A DNA stretch of 64,000 bases from an uncultured virus (IMG/VR IMGVR_UViG_3300044843_001102). Lineage: Duplodnaviria; Heunggongvirae; Uroviricota; Caudoviricetes. The notes below the pieces were generated by a model. It worked only from the letters and a program-made list of their open reading frames with translations. It was not told the DNA's origin and made no database searches. How positions within the stretch are numbered: the first letter of the stretch is position 1; each line of letters opens with the position of its first letter. This document shows, piece after piece, positions 50,818 to 59,898 of this stretch. The DNA lies in the IMG/VR virus record IMGVR_UViG_3300044843_001102. One strand, written 5' to 3'. The translations under genes were made by a program, and so were the position numbers.

Positions 50818-52047
50818 CTACTTTTGCTTCTGTCGCTCTTCAATAACAATCATCATCTCATTCGGACGAGGATCGAAGTAAGGACGCTTTGCGTGACGAG
50901 CGGAGGTCATCCACATTCTCTGCTTCTTGGAGGCAACAGGCTTCTCTGCACACATATCGGTTAGAATGATGTGTCCGTCAAAGTTACGCTCATTCACATA
51001 CTTGGTCGGAGCACTGAAGTTCGTACCACCGTGAAGAACTCGCTCACGCTGACGCTTATCGCCCTTCTTCCAGACATAGACCTTCTGCTCGAAAACCTGA
51101 TCGTCAAACGGAATCACAGTGAAAGTTGCCAACTTGGAAAGACTATTCAACTCGGCATAGAACGCACCAAGCAAATCATCGTCAACAGAACCAGACTGAT
51201 CAATCGACACAGCGATATTGGCAATCTTGTTGATCTTACGACCTGGATTGATTGAGACAACATCAATACCCTGAGCATAACTGTGAGTACGCTTATCAAT
51301 CTTGCGACGAGTATTGGACTTGTCCGCACGCTGGGCGCGACCAATAAACATACGCAGAACCTTACGCCAGTCAACATACGACTCAAGGAACTTCTTGATT
51401 TCCTCGCGGGTCTTGCTGGTCATGGAACCCCAACCCTTAGCATCAGCCTTTTCGGCTGCTTCCTTCAGGTATTCCTTGACTCGCTCGTTGGCGGTCTCGG
51501 CTTCCATTCCGTCACCGGAACCTTCTGCCCAATTGCCGTGATCGTCAAACTGACCAGAACCGTCAACACCATCGCCACCGCCACCATTCGGATCCATTTC
51601 CACCTTCTCAAGAATCTTGCGGAAATAGAACTCAGCAGACTCCATCGAGGGGAAATTCTCAAAGGACTTACCGCCGGGAATACAGCAATTCTCGGGCAGG
51701 TTCTCTGCTCCAATCAAGCAGTTGATCGACAAGTCAGTAGCGATGTTCCAGAACTTGAAGAATCGCTCTGGTTCACGAATAACCTGAGCAGGACGACGAT
51801 TAGCAACATGGCGGAAAACCAAGTGATAGAACTCGTGGACGATTACACCACGACGCTGACCTTCGGTAAGCTTCTCAAAGAACTCTGGATTGTAAAGGAA
51901 CTCATACTGCATAGCTTCACGGTTAAGACCAACAGCAGCAGTAGGAATAGAATTGGTGGAAATCTTCTCGATGCGACGAGAAAGAGCAGCAAAGAAAGGC
52001 TCATCCTTGAGCAGACGAGCAATATCAATATTGAGATCGTAAGACAT
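50818..52047 (-). CDS. DUF2201-type metallopeptidase + vWA domain protein
   Basis: HEFYH, WNIATDLSIN, DQSGS MIDAS, GGTNF, LTD. Confidence 0.88.
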   Translation of the reverse strand: MSYDLNIDIARLLKDEPFFAALSRRIEKISTNSIPTAAVGLNREAMQYEFLYNPEFFEKLTEGQRRGVIVHEFYHLVFRHVANRRPAQVIREPERFFKFWNIATDLSINCLIGAENLPENCCIPGGKSFENFPSMESAEFYFRKILEKVEMDPNGGGGDGVDGSGQFDDHGNWAEGSGDGMEAETANERVKEYLKEAAEKADAKGWGSMTSKTREEIKKFLESYVDWRKVLRMFIGRAQRADKSNTRRKIDKRTHSYAQGIDVVSINPGRKINKIANIAVSIDQSGSVDDDLLGAFYAELNSLSKLATFTVIPFDDQVFEQKVYVWKKGDKRQRERVLHGGTNFSAPTKYVNERNFDGHIILTDMCAEKPVASKKQRMWMTSARHAKRPYFDPRPNEMMIVIEERQKQK

Positions 52048-52084
52048 AACATCACCTGTGAGGTGGAGGGTTGAACATGATAGA

Positions 52085-52113
52085 AGCATACCACCCTGAC
52101 AGTTTCCTGTCAA
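52085..52113 (-). promoter_or_regulatory. sigma70-type promoter
   Basis: TTGACA-17-TATGCT with extended TG. Confidence 0.8.
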
Positions 52114-52140
52114 GGTGGCATACTAAGTTGTTAATTGATT

Positions 52141-53208
52141 CTAACCGACCTTCTTACCAGTCAGGATCTGAACCGCATACAGCGAAGCAAGACCCTTGCT
52201 GGTGGTCTGCTTCATGATCAGCGGGTTGTTCAACTTACCGAACACACCTGCGATCTTGGTTGCCGCCTCGGAAGGCAGATTGACATAGTACTCCGCGACA
52301 TGCTTTGCCTGATCGGCATCGAGTTGCGAATCAAATACCTTGCTTGCACCCAACTTCTCGATCAGAGCGAGGTGTTCGTTCAGCGAGAACTTCTTGGTCA
52401 TCTTGAGAGCCTTGCCGTTCAGAACGTCCTCAACCTTAACCTGACGGTCATAGTTACGAACGAAGTCGGTGAAGGCAGTCGAAGCCTCGAAACCAACGAA
52501 ACCCTGAACGATTGCCTGAAGTTCAGGAGTTGCACCCTTCTCAATCAACTTGCTCTTGCTGATTGCAGTCGAAGCACGCGCCCAAGAACGACGAGAAGGA
52601 TACTTCTTGTTCGGCTCAAAGGTATCGGTGTGCTCCAAGTGACCACGGTTGTTGTTGATAAAGTCCCACACTTCGCCAGCGACGTTATCCTTAGCCCACG
52701 TCAGCCAATCCTCAACGGTCGGCTCGACATCGAAAGTGGTGTAACGATCCAACTCAGCGGGATCCATGTCCGAAACCTGATAGTTGGAACCGTGGATACC
52801 ACCGTTGACTGCGGCGAACATCAAAGTACCGGGGTGAATGTGCTTACCCGCCAACTTGCGGGAGTCCATCAACTCGAACAGACCCTGACGAACCTCGGTC
52901 GCACCACGGTCAACCTCGTCGAAGAACAGAACCACAGGACGCTCACAGGCATCTTGAAACCAATCCGACGCAGCCCACTTGGTCACAGTCGCATTAACGC
53001 GTTGCTCAAGAGTAGGCAGACCGATCAGATCGCCTTCGGTCATCTGCGAAGCACGACGCTCGATAACGTCCAGAGTGCGACGACCAGCGAACTGATAGAC
53101 AAGTTGCGACTTACCAATACCGTGACGACCACGGATAAGGACGGGGAAACCAGCGTCAATCACGCTGTCAACGATTGCATTGAAAGTACCGAACGAAATA
53201 GTAGCCAT
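52141..53208 (-). CDS. MoxR-like AAA+ ATPase
   Basis: GRHGIGKS, DLIGLP, FFDEVDR, AAVN, DPAELDR, PSRRSW. Confidence 0.9.
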   Translation of the reverse strand: MATISFGTFNAIVDSVIDAGFPVLIRGRHGIGKSQLVYQFAGRRTLDVIERRASQMTEGDLIGLPTLEQRVNATVTKWAASDWFQDACERPVVLFFDEVDRGATEVRQGLFELMDSRKLAGKHIHPGTLMFAAVNGGIHGSNYQVSDMDPAELDRYTTFDVEPTVEDWLTWAKDNVAGEVWDFINNNRGHLEHTDTFEPNKKYPSRRSWARASTAISKSKLIEKGATPELQAIVQGFVGFEASTAFTDFVRNYDRQVKVEDVLNGKALKMTKKFSLNEHLALIEKLGASKVFDSQLDADQAKHVAEYYVNLPSEAATKIAGVFGKLNNPLIMKQTTSKGLASLYAVQILTGKKVG

Positions 53209-53272
53209 TGTAGAAACCTCAAAGTAAATAGGAACCAAGTAAAAAGTGCCTTGAACCGTTCAAGACACCCAC

Positions 53273-53396
53273 ATCATACCGCACCTTAACGATCCTGTCA
53301 AGCACGGTTAAGAACCAGAGGCAGAACGAAACCATATCGAACTGCTCTCTGTCCTTTCTACTCTCTAAGCATAGCCTGCCCAGAGTTTGCTGTCAA
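53273..53396 (-). promoter_or_regulatory. Two tandem sigma70-type promoters
   Basis: TTGACA-17-TATGAT (53301-53273) and TTGACA-17-TATGCT (53396-53368). Confidence 0.8.
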
Positions 53397-54106
53397 TTGT
53401 GGATCTTAATGATCTTGGGATTTTTGCTCTTGCCAGTCTCAAATCTGTATCCCGATGAAAAGAAATCATCTGAGTCTGTATAATCATTTAGCGGACTTGA
53501 TAATGAAGGAAGAAAGTTCTTAATCTTTTCAATGTCTTCATCGTTTGAACGATGAATAATCTGAACCTTCATGGAAGTTGGTTTCGGAGAAAAGACTGGA
53601 TGGAACGGAAGATAAATGTTTCGGATTGTTTCATTGGTTGTGTCTACAGCACAAACTGGAAACCAGTTTCTTTCTTTGCCGTAGAGCAACTCAGACACAA
53701 ACCTTTCTCCAGTAATCTTATTAAATTCTTCAATTACAACAATTCTATCTCCCTTCTCTCTTGAACTCCAAGATGAAGTTCTGCCCATACCAGAAAGCAT
53801 TGCTCCTGGTCCAAACCCAATTTCCTTCAACCATTCAAATGCTTTCTCTGCAATTTGTCTCTCAGAGACAACGGTTCTACGAGAATCCTCAAATCTTTTT
53901 GGACAAATACCGGAAGTATGATTCTCATCACCACAGTACCCACATAGGCGACCAGTAGAACCACTCAATCTTTTGTCGTATTTGATGGCAGCGACACTAT
54001 TTTGACCGACCGAATGTTTAAGATTTGGACAATCTTGAGCCTTATGTGATCTGCTATAGCACCAACCACAACCACCATATTTATTTTGCCCTGTAACTGA
54101 TCTCAT
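53393..54106 (-). CDS. Double CCHC zinc-knuckle protein
   Basis: CGWCYSRSHKAQDC and CGYCGDENHTSGIC. Confidence 0.75.
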   Translation of the reverse strand: MRSVTGQNKYGGCGWCYSRSHKAQDCPNLKHSVGQNSVAAIKYDKRLSGSTGRLCGYCGDENHTSGICPKRFEDSRRTVVSERQIAEKAFEWLKEIGFGPGAMLSGMGRTSSWSSREKGDRIVVIEEFNKITGERFVSELLYGKERNWFPVCAVDTTNETIRNIYLPFHPVFSPKPTSMKVQIIHRSNDEDIEKIKNFLPSLSSPLNDYTDSDDFFSSGYRFETGKSKNPKIIKIHN

Positions 54107-54119
54107 TCGTCCTCCGTGT

Positions 54120-54878
54120 TTATTGTGCTTCTTTCTTTCTCTTTCTCATTTCCGACTGATACGGCTTTCGTTCAGTGAAATCAACGATTACCGGCTTTTC
54201 CATGAGCAGAGACTCAACCGCCTTATTGACTTCCTCGTCGGATGCTTCGACAAGCACATTATAGTTTTCTTCGTAAACGCGGTTAATTCTTGAATCAGCA
54301 AGACCGGAAACACGATCTTGGTGAGCATTCCAAGTATCAACTGCCTCCTTCATTGTGGAAGAAAGGTTTTGGACCTCGTTGTGAATACCGGGCAACGGCA
54401 AACTGGTACGGAAATATCTAGCATCACCACTTGGTTCAACAAGTGTTTCAAATCCGTAGCATGGAGAATAAGGAGTGCTATCATTGTAAGCAATATGCTT
54501 TACACAATAGTTACCCAAATCATAGTTTCTTGGTTCACCATCGTAAGTGTTGTATGGAACATCATTCCAACGATGAATGATTGGACCATAGATAAATGCT
54601 CCGTTCGCAATCTTCTTGGTTTTGATCACATTGATCATGGCATTCAAATGTGCCCACTTGACCAGACCTTCGTTTCTTTGATCACTAAACAACTTATCAC
54701 AACCTGCCTTGTTGTGATCGGTTCCACGGCAATAAGAACACTGCTTGACACTTGAACTTTCAAGCAATCTCTTCGCATAAGAATCACCATTCGCAGCCTC
54801 TGCCTTTACCTTAGGACAAGAAGTGCGATTGTGACCAGACTGCCAACAATAACTACAACGAACTTGACGCTTGCTCAT
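54120..54878 (-). CDS. Double CCHC zinc-knuckle protein (paralog)
   Basis: CSYCWQSGHNRTSC and CSYCRGTDHNKAGC. Confidence 0.75.
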   Translation of the reverse strand: MSKRQVRCSYCWQSGHNRTSCPKVKAEAANGDSYAKRLLESSSVKQCSYCRGTDHNKAGCDKLFSDQRNEGLVKWAHLNAMINVIKTKKIANGAFIYGPIIHRWNDVPYNTYDGEPRNYDLGNYCVKHIAYNDSTPYSPCYGFETLVEPSGDARYFRTSLPLPGIHNEVQNLSSTMKEAVDTWNAHQDRVSGLADSRINRVYEENYNVLVEASDEEVNKAVESLLMEKPVIVDFTERKPYQSEMRKRKKEAQ

Positions 54879-55225
54879 ACTATCCCTCTACTTCCTGATC
54901 AATTAAGTCTTGTAGTGATTCAACAACTTGCTGAACATCACCCACTTCATACTCCATAGGATGCCCCACCGCTGGTAAAACTGCAAGTGAGTCAAATAAG
55001 TATGGTTCGAAGTCGCTCTTTAAGATAAAAAGAATATCTTTCTCTTTGGCGTTACAATAAAAATAACCGTCTTCATACTGCCAACCAAATCGGGTGAGGT
55101 TTCCACTCAACTCGTTTAGTTGGTCTAGCATTTCTTTCTTAACTTTTCTGTGAAATTCTAGTTTTCTTGTCTCAAAAAACTCACGAAAATTATTCATCTT
55201 CCACTCCCGCTGTCAATGTCCCTAC

Positions 55226-55254
55226 AGTCTACAGGAGTGGAAGATTTCTGTCAA
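55226..55254 (-). promoter_or_regulatory. sigma70-type promoter with an RBS-sequestering inverted repeat
   Basis: TTGACA-17-TAGACT; 12-bp inverted repeat 55196-55207 / 55234-55245. Confidence 0.8.
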
Positions 55255-55267
55255 GTCGTATTAAAAA

Positions 55268-56341
55268 CTAACCAATATCAGATGGTTTTGGTTCTGGTAA
55301 GTTTAATTGACTACTAACTTTCTTCTCTCTTGGTTTTGGTTCTGGCTCTGGTTCTAATGAAGATAGGTCAGTGCGAACATCCAAGAAGTTAATAACTGCT
55401 TTTAGAACATCCAAAAGCATTGTCACATCGGCAAGAGCATCATGCCAGCCCTTGTTTTCTACGTCAAATGCCTTAATAATCTTTCCTAAGGATACAGTTA
55501 GTTTACCCTTATCTGAGGTTAGAGCATCGAGAATCTTTGAATCTTCTGGACTTAGTTCTTCTCCTGCTTCTCTGGTCGCCTTAAACATTTTTAGTGCAGG
55601 GGTTAAGAACTTTCTGAAAATCATAACTGTGTCAACAACAATGTCATCAGGCGGAACTTCTCCAATTCTTTGATACATGTTATTTAAGAATCCATTATCG
55701 AATGGAGCATTTTGAGCAACTAGAATTCTATCTGGATATCTATCTAGAAATTCGTTGAATTGCTCTAGTGCTGGAACAAGTCTCATAAATGTAGCGGACT
55801 CTGGTACATCTTCCATTGAGATATCTTCTTTTCCAGGCATTTCTCTTGCCTGTAAGAACGCTTTTCTTCTTGCCTTTTCTGGATCTCTTGATACACCATA
55901 TTGTGTCATAGAGAAAATATCAGAAATGCCTTTGAACTTCTCTGGTTCTTGTCTTATACGCTTAATGCCGGGGGCTACCTCTACCCCAGCAGCACGGGCG
56001 GCGGCTCGTTTCTCTGCTTTCTTACTACGATCCCAATCCATAAAACCACGGGTTCTATCTCCCAACTGGATCTTAACATTAAATTTCTCTAGAATCTCTG
56101 GTTCTTCATCAAAGTTTTTAACATCGACAGCGATTGCTGCTATTTGAGTAACTTGGTGGAAGTCCTTTTCAGCAGAAAGACCTGTTGTTTCTGTATCAAA
56201 GAATATCCATGTCTTATCTGATGCATCTTTGATAAGTTCTCTCATTTCTTGAAACGAGGAACCATATTCAGAATAACGCATTACGTCTTCTTTAATTACT
56301 TTTTTGTAGTTTCTCCAATTCTCAAATAACTTTTGATACAT
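55268..56341 (-). CDS. DEDDh 3'-5' exonuclease (DnaQ-like)
   Basis: FFDTETTG, AQNAPFD, HDALAD. Confidence 0.88.
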   Translation of the reverse strand: MYQKLFENWRNYKKVIKEDVMRYSEYGSSFQEMRELIKDASDKTWIFFDTETTGLSAEKDFHQVTQIAAIAVDVKNFDEEPEILEKFNVKIQLGDRTRGFMDWDRSKKAEKRAAARAAGVEVAPGIKRIRQEPEKFKGISDIFSMTQYGVSRDPEKARRKAFLQAREMPGKEDISMEDVPESATFMRLVPALEQFNEFLDRYPDRILVAQNAPFDNGFLNNMYQRIGEVPPDDIVVDTVMIFRKFLTPALKMFKATREAGEELSPEDSKILDALTSDKGKLTVSLGKIIKAFDVENKGWHDALADVTMLLDVLKAVINFLDVRTDLSSLEPEPEPKPREKKVSSQLNLPEPKPSDIG

Positions 56342-56361
56342 TATCGATCTCCTTGCTATTA

Positions 56362-56892
56362 CTAAATAGTATGCGAAATCGATTTCATCGCTTCTGCCAT
56401 CAAAATTCCGCTTGCTGTACCAACATTGAGACTTCTAACTGAACCAATCATTGGGATATAAACATAATCTTCGCAGAGATCGAGTATCTCGTCGCTCAAT
56501 CCCTTTGACTCTTCGCCAAAGATAAACATGGTATTCGGTTCAATTTTATAATCAAAGAGAGAAACACAATTTCTTTCGATGTTGCATTCAATCGCAACAA
56601 ATTTATACTTGGACTTTAATGCTTTAATCGCATCAATATCCTTCAAATGAGATACGAGGGAGTAGTGGTGTGTACCCACCGACCCCCTCTTGTCCCATCG
56701 CTTTTGTCCAAAGTAAAATAGTTCTTTGCAACCAAATGCATTAGCATTTCTTACCGCCGTGGACATATTGAAATCACCCTCGACATGCGACATTAAACAC
56801 GCATACGGGAGGGTGTTTCTTTGTACATCTTCTTTGATTAAATCAACTGACCACTCTGCATACTTACTCTGAACATTCATCTTCATACTCAT
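56362..56892 (-). CDS. SpoU/TrmH-family RNA 2'-O-methyltransferase
   Basis: N.STAVRNANAFG, FGEESKGL, IPMIGSVRSLNV. Confidence 0.88.
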   Translation of the reverse strand: MSMKMNVQSKYAEWSVDLIKEDVQRNTLPYACLMSHVEGDFNMSTAVRNANAFGCKELFYFGQKRWDKRGSVGTHHYSLVSHLKDIDAIKALKSKYKFVAIECNIERNCVSLFDYKIEPNTMFIFGEESKGLSDEILDLCEDYVYIPMIGSVRSLNVGTASGILMAEAMKSISHTI

Positions 56893-57664
56893 AATTGGAA
56901 ATGTAATCGTTTGAATTAACTTTAGAAACAAATTCTCCACAGGATTGGTCAAAGTAAACAAATGGCCAAAATCCACCACTTTGTATATCACCTGCTCTTG
57001 GAGCATATCGAATGCAATTACCAGCCCATTGTGCAGAATTAGGAACTACGCTTTTGAAATATATACAATTTTCACACTTAATCATAATACCTCTAATTCA
57101 GAAATGTCGTTCACATGAAACCAGTGAGAGATCGGCTTCTCATCTTCAATGTACGACACCTCAAAGTTCTCGTCAAACAGGATTGAAGTGACCAAACCTT
57201 CACAAGTAAAAGTCCTGAATTCAAGAGGGCGAATACTACGAACTAGTTTTACTCTTACGAACTGCCCTACTTTTGGTTGTTGATTTTTCATTCTTGACCT
57301 CGTTTTTATCAGCTACGAGGACTTTAACTGTGCATCTTGCTCTGCAACTATTGAACACGGTTGGGAACTCAATAGTTGATTTCACCCATTTGATTACTTC
57401 ATCCTCAGATGAAAAATATCTTGAAAAGATTAAAGTCTCTGTAGCTTTTTTGTAGTTTACACCAGAACCAACTTCTTTCCAATCTTTAAAGACTGGATCA
57501 ATTACCTTAGTATAAACTCCTCTTTTAATTCCGTCAATCTGGAATCTATACTCTACACTGTCTTTATCTCTTACATACGCCCAAATTGAACCTTTCATTT
57601 TCATACAGAAGGGAAGTTGTTAACTTCCCTTCCCTCCTCTACTATAAGTATAGTGTTGTTTTTG

Positions 57665-58018
57665 TTAATTCACTGCGATAGTTCTAGTTCCCTGCTTTTG
57701 AGATTTTTGCTTTGGAACAACAACAGTTAGCAATCCGTCTTTTAGATCTGCTGTAATGGAATCAAAATCAACTTCATTTAGTTTCCAATACTTAGAAAAT
57801 GACGGAGCATAAATGTTCTTCTGACTTGGGTTGTAGGAAATTTCTAGTTGATTTCCAGTTACAATAACTTTCACATCCTCTCTCTTAGCACCCGGCAGGG
57901 GTGTAGTAAGGGAGTAGTGGTCCTTTTGATCAACAAATGCAATCTTGTTTTGGACTGGCAGACTCTGATCAAAGAGTTGATCAAGTGCTTTATCTACAAT
58001 ATCGTAAGTGTAATACAT
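57665..58018 (-). CDS. Small heat shock protein (Hsp20)
   Basis: LPGAKREDV and ITADLKDGLLTVVVPK. Confidence 0.85.
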   Translation of the reverse strand: MYYTYDIVDKALDQLFDQSLPVQNKIAFVDQKDHYSLTTPLPGAKREDVKVIVTGNQLEISYNPSQKNIYAPSFSKYWKLNEVDFDSITADLKDGLLTVVVPKQKSQKQGTRTIAVN

Positions 58019-58063
58019 TCTTTTTCCTCCATTTGTTATATCCCTCTAGGGGGTAGTGGTGGT

Positions 58064-58092
58064 ATAGTAGGATGGTGGTAGTACTCTGTCAA
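58064..58092 (-). promoter_or_regulatory. sigma70-type promoter
   Basis: TTGACA-17-TACTAT. Confidence 0.7.
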
Positions 58093-58829
58093 GTCTCGTC
58101 TGGAAATTTTCCTTTAAACCCTGCGTCTCGATACATTTGTTTAAATAATCTTGCTTTTTTTGCAACCAATGGGTATTTTTGATAATATATTTTAAGTAAA
58201 TCTGGATGCATGAATAAGTGTTCCGCATAAACATTAAAATCATTTTCATCATCGGTCGTTGAATAGTTTAAAAGATAACCTTTATATAATATTTCATCAT
58301 TACTTGCATTACCAAAGTTTATATTATCTAAACATTTTTTTAAAAATTGTAGTGAATACTCGTAACCTGGACTAATTTTTTTCCAAATTAATGTTTTATC
58401 AAAAAGACTTGGTTGTTTATATATAACGCTGGAAAATTCATGATGAAGAATCTCTTGATATATAATTGGTATTTTTTCTTCAGGATAATTTCCAATTGTT
58501 AACCATACGTGTCCTGCATGATGAAGACCGCCTGCCCGAGAACCTCGAAAAGTTATTTTATTAAATAAATTTAAAGACTTTATTTTTTCTTTGATAAAGG
58601 ATTTGTCATATCTTAAAAGAAATAATTTAACTGGATTACTTGATTTATTTATCATCTCATCATTTGCTTCTTTAAATGTAATTTCCGTATTATAATCTGC
58701 AATAGATTGTTCTTTGCAAATTATTTTAATTTCATATTCTCTTGCTAACCTATCTATTTCCTCATTACATTCATAAGCATATCCAAAATTTGGAATCAAA
58801 AGACTAAGAGCAAATAAAAATCTAAACAT
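58089..58829 (-). CDS. Secreted zinc-metallopeptidase-like protein
   Basis: Signal peptide, ILHHEFSS, Y...ENDFNVYAE. Confidence 0.55.
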   Translation of the reverse strand: MFRFLFALSLLIPNFGYAYECNEEIDRLAREYEIKIICKEQSIADYNTEITFKEANDEMINKSSNPVKLFLLRYDKSFIKEKIKSLNLFNKITFRGSRAGGLHHAGHVWLTIGNYPEEKIPIIYQEILHHEFSSVIYKQPSLFDKTLIWKKISPGYEYSLQFLKKCLDNINFGNASNDEILYKGYLLNYSTTDDENDFNVYAEHLFMHPDLLKIYYQKYPLVAKKARLFKQMYRDAGFKGKFPDET

Positions 58830-58832
58830 TTT

Positions 58833-59183
58833 TCACCTGTGATAGAATTGAGTTAATATAATACAGATAGCAAAAAATAGAGTTAGGAGATTCTTTATAT
58901 TAAGAAATGAATCTCCAAACATCGTGGTTGTTAAAACAAACATTGGCGGGAAACTCATGGCAAACAATAACCATCTAACCTGCCAAGGGTCCGCCATTCC
59001 TTCTCGAATGGACTTTGAAGCAAACCAAAACACAACATTAGACGGTATACCAAATAAAACTGCTGTTAAGAATGGTCTTGTGCTCCAGAACTCCCACAAA
59101 AACTGGGAGTTCATAGCAAACCAAGAGATCGAATGGCCTATTGTACCAAGCAATAGACCAAATAGAATTAAGTTATAGTTCAT
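58833..59183 (-). CDS. Four-TM membrane protein (SMR/DMT-like)
   Basis: Four hydrophobic segments in 116 aa. Confidence 0.5.
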   Translation of the reverse strand: MNYNLILFGLLLGTIGHSISWFAMNSQFLWEFWSTRPFLTAVLFGIPSNVVFWFASKSIREGMADPWQVRWLLFAMSFPPMFVLTTTMFGDSFLNIKNLLTLFFAICIILTQFYHR

Positions 59184-59898
59184 TAATGAATCCTTAAACT
59201 ATACTTTGGAGAACTATTTATCTCCTCCTCGATGCTTGTGATAATCTTTTTATAGTTATTCAGTTTATCCATCAACTCTTGAGAAATTAAATAGTATTTT
59301 CCCTCTTGAAGAATTAGTTTTTCTATCTCATGCATGTAGTTAAAGATAGAATTATAGTAAAGACTCAATAGATCATAATAATATGATTCGAATGGAGACT
59401 CCATAACAATATGAGCCTTGACAAACTTTGCTTTTATTGAACAATTTTTAAGTACAGCATAAACTTCTTGTAATATATCTTTATCTAATTTATACTTTTT
59501 TGTTTTCACCAAGAGAGTCCTTCATTTCTTTAAGAGATTTCATAGCTTCTAATAGAGTTGTAAGTTGTTTTGTATCGGGTGTTTGACTTGAAACATTTTC
59601 TTGCTTTTCTTCTGTTTCTTTTTCCTCTTCCACTGTCCTTTGTGGCAACAAAGAAAACAAGTAAGATTCGTAGTTAGATTTTAAATTTGAAGTCATCGTA
59701 GATACTACTTTTGATAATTCTTCTGCTTCTAAAATTAATTTTTGAGCATTTTCTAAATCTCTAGTATCACAAGAATTTACAAATTCCTTTACAAGGCAAA
59801 CAAGATCATTAGACATACTGGATAGTTCTTTGCCATCATTTGATAATCTTCTTACTAAATCCTCTTTCTTTACCAAGCTCGTATAATATGCCAACATT

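Noticed and set aside
51283..53289. Long plus-strand ORFs (263 and 384 aa)
   Set aside because: Antisense shadows of the vWA and AAA genes, caused by codon bias
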